A DNA stretch of 62,406 nt, counting the filler, from Basidiobolus ranarum (Eukaryota): NCBI GenBank assembly GCA_040143965.1. It is 30 parts of 30 records of this genome, joined end to end, with 100 filler letters (N's around TTAATTAATTAA, not from the genome) between each part and the next. Parts side by side here need not be neighbours in the genome. Positions count along the whole stretch, not along the records: positions 22,995 to 24,981 come from JASJQH010003974.1; positions 25,082 to 27,067 come from JASJQH010003975.1; positions 27,168 to 29,151 come from JASJQH010003976.1; positions 29,252 to 31,235 come from JASJQH010003977.1; positions 31,336 to 33,319 come from JASJQH010003978.1; positions 33,420 to 35,402 come from JASJQH010003979.1; positions 35,503 to 37,484 come from JASJQH010003980.1; 23 more parts are not named here. The stretch is one strand, 5' to 3'. Positions within the stretch are counted from its first letter, which is position 1, and each line of letters begins with the position of its first letter. Shown in pieces: positions 23,681-35,902 of this stretch. The notes below the pieces were generated by a model. The model did not search any database and was not told the DNA's origin. It worked only from the letters and a program-made list of their open reading frames with translations. The translations under genes and the position numbers were made by a program.

Positions 23681-24981
23681 GTCAGTCTAGCATCAAACTA
23701 GGTATTAGCTTTAAGCCTAAGATTATCTTGCTAAAGGGGATCAGCTGGAGCCAGAGCTTCCCAATAGGCACTATGCACTTACTATTCAACAACATTCCAC
23801 TACAATTTACTCAGCTATATAGTGGAAAAACTGAAAATGAATGAGCCATTTGAGATATAATTAAAGTTTGAATTGATTGGGAAAATGCTTGGGATCATCA
23901 AGATACCATCATATTTTACCAGGACTCCCATAAATATATGTATTAGATCTCTATATTCTCAAGTGGAATCTTGAAAAGCTTTCTGCCTGATAAGTAGTGG
24001 CAACATTGGGAGTTGTTTGTGGATGTTGTTAATATATTCTTACAGCAACAACTTGCATTGGCTGATCTCAGGCAGATATAGTCACTGTGCAAATATTTTG
24101 TGATTTGATACAAAAAACATTAGTACAGGTTTAAAGAAGATAGACTGAATCTATGCAGGAATTCAATACATTCCCTGCTGCATCTTTCACAGTACTTAGA
24201 GATTATAAGCCCTTGCTATACATTCTAGGAGTTCCCAATTGAGTGCACCTGTGGTGAAATGATGTTCCATGTGAAATCATCAGTATTGCCATATGGTAAT
24301 CTGATTAACAATGTATCAGCAAAATCAGTAATGAATAACATGCCATGGGTTAAGGAGACTTCAGAGTATGTTAACCTTGCTACAAAGGGCTCTTTTCAAT
24401 GTGCTGACAGTTTTTTGCATTGTTTCAGCACAATAATAGCAACAAAACCCAATTCATGGACACAGAGTAAGTACTTCTATAATTTGGATCAATTTGTTTG
24501 GGTGATAATCCAATGGTATTTCTAGGAAAGCTGGAAGACAGACTTTTTGGTGAGATAGATTGAGATATATAGTATTATTGTTTTAGTCTTGGGGAATTTA
24601 TTCATGCAACAACATATCTATTTGTGGCAGGAAATTTGTTGACTGCAAGTTGGGGTTATTTTGGCTGAATTTTCAATAGAAATTTGCCAAAATTCAAGAG
24701 CTCATTCTTATTCTGAATGGTAACAAGAGTCAGTTATTTGCCAGGTGTCAGTGCTGTTCAAAACTTCAGATGTTTAGCAATATTTCTACCATTAGTTTGC
24801 TGGTAAGGCATACTGATGTTGTTGAGTTATGTCTGATCAGTAAAGTATGTGCATATGTATAGACTAAAGACAACAAGATGCTTGTATTTTCTGATTCTCA
24901 TTCTGGCTGAAAAACACAGCTTAAATATCTAAGAAAGGCATGCATATTAATTCAAATTTCTACAGCAATAAACCCAATATT
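23681..24981 (+). mobile_element. CMC/CACTA transposase C-terminal half, decayed
   Basis: Matches 7510-8268 and 39990-40730. Confidence 0.88.
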
Positions 24982-27399
24982 NNNNNNNNNNNNNNNNNNN
25001 NNNNNNNNNNNNNNNNNNNNNNNNNTTAATTAATTAANNNNNNNNNNNNNNNNNNNNNNNNNNNNNNNNNNNNNNNNNNNNGCAAACGAATAAATGTATT
25101 TAAGTGCATGCTTTTAACACCTATTGGTGGTATAATTCAATGTGCGGTGACAGCCAACTTTTACTACTCAATAGTTCGTCAATCTCCGGAAGTTTTGATA
25201 CGTATAACATATATGCTTGTCCGGTAGCTGTATCGCAGTTCCAATGAACTCTAGAGTACATGCAACTAATATCTAATATGCTAACAATCATTACACATTA
25301 TGGGTATTCCGCTGTTCTGCACCAAAGGGGTAAAATGGGGAAAAGTAACTGCTGAGTGTGAACTTCATTGAAAATAGAGCAAAATTTGAATAATTAACAA
25401 TTGAGTACAGGCAATAATACAAATAAATTGGGATGAGTATCTCCATAGTTATTTGTAAGGAACTTCCCTCCTACATTGTTGAAAACATAGGAGAGATGAA
25501 AAACATCAGTTTAATGTTCCTTTAGTAAATAATACCTATTTAGACAAGTCAAATGTGCTCACATTCCAAGTGGTTGCTTTAGAAACTCTTACCAACTTCA
25601 TCTATAAATTCAGTGGAAGAAACTCTAAGTATTGAGTGATGAAAAGCACCCAGTGGTACAAACTCTGTTTTGTTGAACCACTAATCTAAATGTGGTGACA
25701 CTCATAGGTAATAATTTCCTAATATAATATGATAGAATATGATCATTCCCACTTTAGAATATTTGACAAAAATCAGAAGCTGTAGAAAGTATGTTAATTA
25801 TGAAAGACACTAAGCATTTTGGGAGAAAAGTAAGACTTATTATAAGAAGAGTGGAACAAAAACCTAGAATATTAGGATAAAGAAAAGTTGTCTTTATACT
25901 CCCAAGTAAGGGTTAGGGTTGAGAATCACTTGAGGACTAAATAATCTTATTCCATGAAAATATTTTATGAGGAACTTTAAATTATCAAAATCACAAAAAT
26001 AAATTCTTGTTAATATGCTATTTGATTTTAATCATGCAGCTTAAAAGATCAATTAACCTATTTTTGAATATTTACTGTGTTTGTTTTAGTTTTTAATTAA
26101 TTTTGAATTATCTATAATGAATGATAAAACATAATACATTTTCCCACACCATATAATTACATTGTATTCATTAATATCAAGCATGAAGCAATAAACCATC
26201 TAAAGTTTCAAAGTACAAACAATTCTGTTGACTCCTTCGACAGAGGCCTTAGTAGGTTTAATGGTAATGAGATTAATGCTAGTATTGCCCTAACCATCTT
26301 ATGTCCGTATTCGAAGGACAGTTATCTACACTAACTGCAACAACGTAATACACCAATTACACAAGGCAAAAGGCATTCAATAAGTAATAAAAATGCAAAT
26401 ATTTTTTTACCTACCATCTCGATTTTATGTAACGACATGACCTAATCTACAGCCAGATTTCTACAACCAGATTTCCACATAAGCTTAACCGTATGTTACA
26501 TTGATACGAACTCATAATTTAAAGCATCCAACAAACCTACTATCAATATTTGTCCAGATACACAACTTGTATTGACAACGAAGATAGTCTCTACATGGGT
26601 TTGTGGCATTCCTGTGAGCATCTTTCGAGTAATATACTTGAGTCATTTTATCAACACTACTATTAGTAGTAGCAATTTTACAATTAGCATTGGATCAATC
26701 TATACGCTAATTAATCTATACGCTAATAAATTGGTAGGTGTTATGGTTGTGTTATGGTACGAGTTATTTAATCACAAAATCAGTGTTATAAGCTTGATAT
26801 ACCGCTTATCTCAATATAAATACCAATGAACATACATACAAAAGGATATTAACGAATACATAGAAATATGCATGCCTCGTTATCACCTCAGTATTACTTG
26901 CTGAAGTTTCCGTGGCAGTTCCCTCTGACAGATGCTCTAATCAATATTATTTGAACAGTGAGCAAGCGTTGAATGTCAGCTAGATCCTCCGTTACTCAAG
27001 CAATTATTCACTACTGTAACCAGACACCATGATGGCTTGAATGATGCGAATATCGATAATCAAGGAANNNNNNNNNNNNNNNNNNNNNNNNNNNNNNNNN
27101 NNNNNNNNNNNTTAATTAATTAANNNNNNNNNNNNNNNNNNNNNNNNNNNNNNNNNNNNNNNNNNNNATATCCTTCTTGACACACCTATCAATGTATTTC
27201 AGCTTTCAAGATGTAGATATAGTGCTTGTAGGTACCAGTAGCTATAAAAGGAAGGAAGGCAAGAAAAACTCAATGGATAATGGAATAAAAGCCAGGTTAG
27301 TAGGATTTAAGAAAGAGAATAATAAAGCAATAGTCATATCAAAGATATAGCTGGTAGTCTATGTGAGCTATTAGAGGCTTTTCTGCTTCAAGTGTTTGC

Positions 27400-28300
27400 A
27401 AAGCCAAGCCAAATGCAATGGGCTCATGTTAGACAGAATTCCAGTGGGTAGTGCACTTGAAGAAGGTCTGGCAAGCCACTTCTTCATCACTGCCTTTCTA
27501 TTGATTTATATATAAAAGTAGCAATCTTGCTTTCAGCAATTCCACTTCAATTTGATATGCAAAGAATACATTTGTACCATTCACAGCATTGAAGAACTCA
27601 GATGCCAAAGTCCATTCATAGTAATTCTAGCCTTGGTAAAGCAGAATTCAGAGTAAGACACCAAACAGATGAGAAAGTACTACATAATCATAGGCTCATT
27701 CATTTGTTTGCAACAATTGGGAAGTACTCTATAATATTTTTTTCATTGCTATAGGGCTAGTTAAGTGCTAATAGAAATGAAAATAGTCACCAAACAATTG
27801 GAGAGTTTAGTATTAAGTTCATTTCCACATTGGTCAAGCAGTAACATTTTGCTCATTTATCCATGACACCTATCCAAATTGTTAATATAAGTCAGGTATA
27901 CATCAAACTTAATGAATCCCCACCAGCTTCACAAACAGTAGTCATGCTTTTCAAATCTCTTTGGTGCACTATACATTCTGGTGCTGGTCTTTTCAATGTA
28001 GGAATCATAGACAATAAACCATAGCAGCCACAAATCCACTGAGTAATGTAGCAAGAGTTAAGTTCAATATTGGAAAGTCAATGATTTGAAACAGGTTCAT
28101 TATTCCTGTGAGAAATTCACAATTGCTGTATTGCTATGTAGTCAAGGATTGATTTTGCCATTTAATGCCAAAGTTGGAGTGTGGACACTGTTGATAGTTA
28201 AAAAAGACAAGGACTGCCAGGATATCTGTTGGATAATTAATTGTTATTCCAGATCTTAGTTAACTTTAACTATGATGCATAGATCAGAAACAGAGGGCAA
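27400..28300 (-). mobile_element. Very decayed element, possibly Crypton-type tyrosine recombinase
   Basis: Ordered remnants across frames (LRSG, NGKIN, VAAMVYCL*FLH, W..KCYCLTN, EYFP) resemble fungal Crypton motif order. Confidence 0.3.
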
Positions 28301-29251
28301 CATATTTTTAGCCTCTATATCTAAATAGGAATAACTCTATATCTATATAACAAAGATGTCTTAATACCCCCACTAATCTATTATATCTTATTACATAAAA
28401 TCATGAATATCTCAAACAACCAATTTTCTTTTCTACTATGTATGTCACTATATTTTCTTAAGAATAAAGTAACTAAAACACTATCATAAGTTGCCTCTAA
28501 TCTACAGAGTCTTCCCCCATTATATCAAGATCCTCCAACAATATCCTACTGTTTGATGGCTGAGGGGAATGCCCATTTACTGGTGGTAACTGAGATGAAA
28601 AAAAAAAAGTTTTAAAACAGAGTAGGGTAAGGTGGTTGATAATGGGCTTGCTGGCATGGGCATTACAACTTGCGACTTGGTGGCAGAAAGTGAATTGCTT
28701 TGATCAGATTATGTTTGCTAGTAAAAGTTATTCAACAAACTAATCAATCTTGAATTTGTTCATTTGGGTACTAACCTTTACAGAGAAACTTTGTACAACC
28801 ATTAAACCTACCATTATGTAGAGTAATTTTTGACAAAACAACTATTTTGTGAAAGGTTTGTATAATTATAATAACTGCTAAAAAAATGATTGTAAATTAT
28901 TACCAATTGACCAATAAATAAGCAGCACTTCATATGTCACATCAAGTCCAAGCTTTTCCATGTATAGACATAACTATATACATAAGAATGACAGAAAGCT
29001 TCAATATAGTTATAGGTATATTGATAAAGTTTGTATTGTGTTTTCAGAAAAAAAGCCATCTTGCTTTCATTTATGTTGACAACTACTATTTGGCAAAGTC
29101 AATAATGAATACCAATTCAGCTGATACCATTCCACATTGGATTGCTCTAACNNNNNNNNNNNNNNNNNNNNNNNNNNNNNNNNNNNNNNNNNNNNTTAAT
29201 TAATTAANNNNNNNNNNNNNNNNNNNNNNNNNNNNNNNNNNNNNNNNNNNN

Positions 29252-29586
29252 CAAATACCTAGAACACCAATCCTCTCTGGATCAACTTCTTCCAAGGTTG
29301 TGAGATAGGACACGGCACTTTTGAAGTCCTCTACTCTCTGGGCGGGGTCCTCCAGATATCTTAGAAGACCTTCACTTTGACCTTGGTAAGCAGCATCAAA
29401 AGCTAAAGCAATAAATCCAAGGTTACATAATTTCTCAGCGTAAAGACCAGCAGTCTGCTCCTTAACACCTCCACCAGGATGGCCAATGACAATAGCGGCG
29501 TGCTTTTTAGGTTGAGTATCTTCAGGAAGATAAAGGTTTCCGGCAATCTTGATACCTTGGCTTTGGAAAGTTATTTTGCTTGGCAT
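29252..29586 (-). CDS. Alpha/beta hydrolase (COG1073/YcjY-like), 5' part
   Basis: [48 protein letters not shown]; no intron in the visible part; TATA-like TATATAAA upstream near 29640. Confidence 0.9.
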
Positions 29587-29724
29587 GTTTAAATGTTTAT
29601 GATAGTTCTGCTCTTCAACAATCGACTGGCAGTGTATTTATATCAGTCAATAAACAATATCCAGATATTTTTGAGAATTTGGAGAATTTCAGATTACTAT
29701 AAAAGATTGATCAAGTATTCTTCG

Positions 29725-29770
29725 CGAGATTTCTACTGCACGAGATTTCTACTGCACGAGATTTCTACTG
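29725..29770. repeat. 16-bp tandem repeat, ~3 copies
   Basis: CGAGATTTCTACTGCA x2 plus CGAGATTTCTACTG. Confidence 0.95.
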
Positions 29771-29812
29771 ATGCTATCATTAACTCAAAATGATTAAAAT
29801 AATTTTCCGTTT

Positions 29813-29849
29813 AACCGTGATGGACTAACCGTGATGGACAAACCGTGAT
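29813..29849. repeat. 14-bp tandem repeat, ~2.6 copies
   Basis: AACCGTGATGGACT AACCGTGATGGACA AACCGTGAT. Confidence 0.93.
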
Positions 29850-30007
29850 TGTTGGAATTTCCGCAGTTATCGAATTTCTATTATATTTACCCATCGCTTG
29901 GACTATATATGCATATATGCTAACTATGATCGTATGCACAAAATATATCAGTGAATTCTTAACCTTAGGTATTTCTAGCAAAAACTGATTTTGAATGAAA
30001 ACTTGCT

Positions 30008-30208
30008 AAATCACAGCAGATTGATTAATGTTACGAAATCTACAAAGAAATTGATGTGTATTATTCCCGTTAATCAACCAAGTAAACACTTCGATTATTT
30101 ACAGCAAAATCACAGCAGATTGATTAATGTTACGAAATCTACAAAGAAATTGATGTGTATTATTCCCGTTAATCAACCAAGTAAACACTTCGATTATTTA
30201 CAGCAAAA
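30008..30208. repeat. Exact 99-bp tandem duplication
   Basis: AAATCACAGCAGATTG...TTTACAGCA at 30008 and 30107. Confidence 0.95.
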
Positions 30209-31335
30209 GTTCTTAAATATCTTTTGGGACTATGTTTGGCTCACCCCGGTCTTCATATGGTTACTCCCTAGCTAGATAATACATAGTTTGTGTGAAATAT
30301 TATATTGTGGTAGTAAACTGATTTTATTAAGTGAGAAGTTGGAATTATCGGATAGTAATATAATGAATACCAAAGATTAAACAATCCTTTTAATGCTTAC
30401 TTTTATTGAGAAATGCGGATCAAATATGTTATTAGAGGTGAATATTAAGAGAAGTAGACCAAGAGCTTTACATTAGCAATGACCATGTCTGCAGCGTCTT
30501 CGACGACAACTACTATACTTAGACCCTTCAGAGTCTGGAGATTCTGGTGTCTCTTCCGGTTACAATTCTGGCAAAGGCTGGGATGGCTGGTACAAGGTTT
30601 GATCAATACGCTGGACTTGATTGAGTTGATTAGAATTAGCAAGAATGTGGCCTGCTTGTGCCGAGTTTGATCTAACAAAGCTTGTTGAGGTAGGGATCCG
30701 ACTAGATTGTTTACCAACTGTGAAGGATTTTCTGCAAAATTTGCATCGTATTTGCGCCATTATCTTCCGAAGCCTGTGGAGAATAATTTTCTGACCCTAT
30801 ATCTTTGGTGGGTTGTGTTTGCATATCCTCTTCAGAATTTGGTGGCATAGCATCCTGTTCGGTTGGGATATTACTCTCCTCATTTGACCCTGAATCTGAG
30901 GATTGCATGACAGATTTTACTTCGTTGCCTTTAACTTCAATGCTAGGGCCAGACTGATATTTGACATTGGAATTTGTTTGTGCCTGAGCATTAGCGTCAT
31001 TTAAAGTATCATGTTTTCTGGTTGTACACCTGTTTAAGTAGGGGGAAGAGTTCAGGGTTACTTTTGGGTGTTTCAAGCTGCTCAACAGGCGTTACTTTGT
31101 CTTGACCATACCCACTGGATTGATGTGTTTGCATTAACAATTCAAAGGAGCACTTTCAAAGGAACACCTCCAGTTAGGTTAACAAGTACAAAGATAAAGC
31201 ATAGCAAGGAATTGAACCTTACATTAAGAACCATCNNNNNNNNNNNNNNNNNNNNNNNNNNNNNNNNNNNNNNNNNNNNTTAATTAATTAANNNNNNNNN
31301 NNNNNNNNNNNNNNNNNNNNNNNNNNNNNNNNNNN

Positions 31336-32770
31336 GTATTCTAAAATTTATGTGGCACAATTTGGCACTATCCAGCACCCTCTGGCATGATCAGTTTCAA
31401 TCACATTTACTCCAATATAGTGAATGAAGGTCCAATCTCTCCGGGCACAATGGAACAAGTCCAGCAATTGCAGATTTCAAATATTTTCTGTGAGGGGCAT
31501 TCAGGGCCTCTTTTACAGTCTGGTGCTCCTGTATTTGAGGTGTGCAGGCATAGGCCCAAGTTTGGAACTCACTGATATAGTAATCAGGGCTATTTCTGAT
31601 TCAATTTGATCTCCTAGTTTGGGATAAAGGTACTGCAACTTCTGGCATTGTATTGGGCACTTTGGTAGGCAAAATATTGGTGAAAGGGTCCACAGGTATG
31701 CTATTTTCTTCATTGTTTTGGTTTCAAATATATGAATGATTGAATCATGAGAAAATAGATTTTTGTCATCATCAAGGTAATTTTGGAAGGAAATATCTCA
31801 TTTTCATTAAACAAAACATCACAGGACTTGATTAACTTGGCAATTATGGTATCATAGGGCCTTTAGGGCTTAGTTTGCAAACAATAATCCAGATAAATGT
31901 ATCTAAGGATCTTTGCTTGTTTTACATCAGGTTTAACTCCAAAAGAACCTTGATTTGGTGTAGGGTTAGACAGACATCCAGTAAAGCCCCTATTCTTCGA
32001 ATATATAGCTGTAGCAACAGATTCCATCCAAATGTTATGAGATACATTTAGGACATTTATCATAGATCTTGACACATGTACTGTAGTACTGCTAGCTCTG
32101 TCAGCAACTCCGTTTTGTTGAAGTAAGTAGGGGGCAGTAGTTTCTTGCCTAATTCCATGAACTTTACAAAATTACTTTAATAGAGTTGAATTATATTCTC
32201 CATCATTAGCAGTACATATTTTCTTGATTTTAGTTCCAGTTTCAGTCTCCACAAGCGTTTTAACATCTCTAAAGAAACAGAGTGCTTGTTCTTTTCTCTG
32301 CATAGAGTAGACCCAAGTGTATCTTGTATAATCATCAATAAAGGTGATTAAATATCTTTTTCTGCTTAAAGATAAATCTTGCATAGGTCCACACAATTTG
32401 GAATGAATTAGATCCAATTTTTTGACAATTTGATGAAACCTGAGCTCTTGAACAGTTGCTTGGGTTGTTTTCCATATATACTGTTCACAAATTTCCATTC
32501 TGGTTGGAGGTTTAATTTGAATTCCAGAAATTAGGCAATTTTTAATCATACAGTTGAAATAATCAAATCCAATGTGGCCAAATCTGTTATGCCATAATTG
32601 AATAGTTTCTGGAGTGGAACAACTTTTACTTACATACTAACCTCTTACATGATATGAAAGTTTGTATAAGTTATGATCCTTCTCTCCCAAAGCTCAATAA
32701 TTTGCATTTTGAACAGTAATGATGCATCCTGACTTATCACAATTGAATTTTAGCCACTCTGAGGTGGCGT
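31336..32770 (-). mobile_element. Copia family A GAG-pre-integrase and integrase, decayed
   Basis: LWHNRFGH, LCGPM, FIDDYTRYTWVY, QQNGVADR. Confidence 0.92.
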
Positions 32771-33319
32771 TGTAGTGCGGGATAGGGGTGTTAACTTAAA
32801 TATTCAGTAATAAAGCTTAATCCCACTACAAATCTCCAGCAAAGCTGAATTTTTTATACTGGAAGCTTCAAAATATTGATAGGAGATATATTCTTCACTC
32901 TATCTTTAAAGGGTAAAGAAACACTTCAGTATGTCAATAGCTTGAAGACTTTATGAGAAAAGATTATTTCTGATAATAAAACTATCAAAAATCCTCAATA
33001 CTACTAGGGTAGATAAAACTCTGGTGGTTTCTCTAACTTGAAGTCTGAAGAAAAGATATAGTTCTTTTGAGATTGGCAAAGACTTTGATTAAGAGTTGGA
33101 TATATTCTATGACTGTAAAAGTGAAGATAACTATGAAAGAATCTGTACTGCAATCTTCAATAGTCAAGCCTAGTTGAGTTGCAATAGGAATCTTTATTAT
33201 CTTACTATGATACAGGGTAGAATATCTAGTTAAGGAAAGGATAAAGAATATGGTGTAGTTTTGATTGTGCTAAGGCTAGAAGCTTTTTCAATAGGGGGAA
33301 GGGTTGCTTATATAAAGAA
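32771..33319. mobile_element. Unassigned insertion into Copia A, LTR-like end
   Basis: Abrupt switch at TGTAGTG from Copia coding sequence to non-coding DNA. Confidence 0.4.
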
Positions 33320-33419
33320 NNNNNNNNNNNNNNNNNNNNNNNNNNNNNNNNNNNNNNNNNNNNTTAATTAATTAANNNNNNNNNNNNNNNNNNNNNNNNN
33401 NNNNNNNNNNNNNNNNNNN

Positions 33420-34746
33420 TGAAAAGTCAAACCCAGTCTTATTAGCCTATATGTGGGATAACCTTATTATAGCAACCAATGACTTGAAGACTTTGGAGAA
33501 AAGCAAATACAGCTTATCTGCCAAACTCAAAATGACTGATCTGGGTGAACTGCCATACTATGTTGGGATTCAAATTAAGATGGATAGAACTACTAAAACA
33601 ATAACTTTAAACCAGTATAAGTATATCCTTGATATACTAAAGAAGTTTAAAATGGAAGCATGTAATTCAGGGTCTACCCCAATGGAGACAAGTCTTAACT
33701 TGATCAAAAATGGCTCAAATCAGATATTTTTGGGTTCCAATGAAAGCCAGAATTTTACTTATCAATCTATGGAATATAGGTTTTTATATCATGGTTGGAG
33801 CATGGCCATATATTGCATAATTTGACGGAGTTATGTGCCAATATCTTCAAAATTATGGATCTGATCAAAACATAGCAGTTAAGCAGATTTTTTGATATTT
33901 GATAGGTGTTGCAGATCTGTACTTAAAACACATATATTCTGGATCAAACTTTGATCTAATGGGTTATTCAGATGTAAATTGGGGAAGAGATATTCAAGAC
34001 TGGAGATCTATGACAGGATACTTATTTCTTTGCTGTAATGGAGCTATTTCTTGAAATTCAAAGAAACAACCTACCATAGCACTTTCAACAACATAAGCTG
34101 AGTACATGGCTGCCTCTGAAGCAACAAAAGAAGGAATCTGGTTAAGAAAACTCTTAACAGATTTGGGTTATGCTCAAAATTCACCAACTACAATATTTCA
34201 AGATAATCAAAGTTGTTTCCAATTAGCTGAAAATCCTGCATTTCATAATAGAAGCAAGCACATAGATATTGAGCATCACTTCATTAGAGAGACTATAGAA
34301 AATAAGTTTATTGACTTCACTTACTGCTCTACAGAAGGCATAAATGCTGATATACTAACTAAACCATCAGCTAGACAGAAATTTGAGAAACTTGGACCTT
34401 ATAAGGATTAGTTTATAAGACTATTTTGTTGAGAAAGAGTGTTGAAAATTAACTTTGCCTAAACACCTACATAGTTTTTTGTCCATTTTTCTCAGTCAGA
34501 ATTTACTTAGAATATTTTTACTAACTTCAAAGTTCTCAGATACATGATTTTTTAAACTTGTGCTAGAAGCCCCAAACTTTGCACATATACTCCTGGGACC
34601 ATCCTTAACATATTCTATAGATTGGCTTGTTTACATATTGACAAAACTATAAAGGTCAACTTTCTACTTACTAAAGCAAATAGTTGAAACTACCAACTGC
34701 TCTAATTCTCCAAATGACTACCAACAGACTCCCAATTAATTTAACA
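33420..34746 (+). mobile_element. Copia family A RT, RNase H, polypurine tract and 3' LTR (34440-34746)
   Basis: SKKQPTIALST..AEY, DNQS, HNRSKHIDIEHHFIRE, ADILTKP; GAGAAAGAG directly before TGTTG. Confidence 0.95.
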
Positions 34747-35000
34747 TTTTTATCAGTCAGGTATCTTTTCACCATTCCACTCTGAATATTTACAAATCCA
34801 AAACTGCCAGTCTTTGTATTAGAACAAAAACCTAGATGAGTGGATATTGATGGGAGTTCTGGTAAAATATGATGGTATCTGGTTGTTTTCAATTATTTTC
34901 CCAATTGATTCAAACTTTGATCATATCTCCAATTGCTCATTCAAATTGAATTCTCCACTATAGAGCTGAGTAAGTAGTATTGAAATGTTGGCAAATAAAA
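34747..35000 (-). mobile_element. CMC/CACTA transposase fragment
   Basis: Reverse complement matches 7600-7860. Confidence 0.75.
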
Positions 35001-35502
35001 AGTGCATATTACCCATAACTGAAATTTCAGGATTGTGATTGTAAAAAAACCATCACAATTTTACTCCATTTGGGATTGACTGTTTACTTACCATAATAAA
35101 ATCATCAAGTTAGATTTGATTTTAATCAATTTTTTCAGTTTCAAGAGTGAATTTTCAAGATTTTGCAAAATAGATGCAGATGATTGGCTGCAATATCATA
35201 GAACTATGGATCAACACATGTGCAAAAAATGTAACTCAAATTTTACATATTTACCATTTAAATGCTAATTTGTCACCTTTGAAATTCCTAGTTTCTTTGA
35301 TTTATTCTGCTGAATACTTTTATAGAGTTCTTCATACCCAAAGTTCAGCTCATACACAACATGAGTTTATATCAATATCTTCATCCAACCCCACCATTGT
35401 ATNNNNNNNNNNNNNNNNNNNNNNNNNNNNNNNNNNNNNNNNNNNNTTAATTAATTAANNNNNNNNNNNNNNNNNNNNNNNNNNNNNNNNNNNNNNNNNN
35501 NN

Positions 35503-35902
35503 GGGAAAGCGAGACTACTCTTGCTTGATCTTTGATACGCCTAAAATTGGCTCGAAATTGAGAGTTGGAGAGAAGATCGAACTTAAGTGGGCAATAGGTG
35601 AATGTGGCGCTAGTGGCGATCAAATTGGGGATTTTGATCTACGCTTGTACAACAGTCTCGAATACGGCTTTGCGAGTGGGGCATCTTCAATCAAAAGCGC
35701 CTATAACGCCAAAATAACTGAGCACATTCCGAGCACAACCTTCACTTACACTTAGAGAGTTCCTGATATCAAGGAGAAGGGCGTAAACCCGAATCTATAC
35801 TACATCCGTGTTACTACCAGCTCCAAGTCAAACCCTCAACAACCCACACTTTTTGCTATATCTGGTCCTTTCACTATTATTCCCAAATATCACAAATACT
35901 GA
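35503..35902 (+). pseudogene. Small Kre9/KNH-like N-terminal Ig-fold protein with one in-frame TAG (35753-35755); 5' end missing
   Basis: P..G...VGEKIELKW...FDLRLY...FTYT*RVP...YYIRV...SGPFTI; frame stays open 48 codons after the TAG. Confidence 0.65.

Noticed and set aside
25908-25920. TAAGGGTTAGGGTT telomere-like sequence
   Set aside because: Only about two units; TTAGGG elsewhere is the CACTA TIR.
25082-27067. Contig with no assigned feature
   Set aside because: No convincing ORF, RNA motif or repeat match found by eye.
29725-29849. Short repeats resembling a mini-CRISPR
   Set aside because: Direct tandem units without unique spacers; eukaryotic context with no cas genes.
29991-30275. 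94-aa ORF with an internal repeat
   Set aside because: Produced by the 99-bp duplication; no coding signature.
30445-31235. Overlapping minus-strand ORFs with low-complexity sequence
   Set aside because: May be a broken gene end, but no recognisable domain or consistent splice model.
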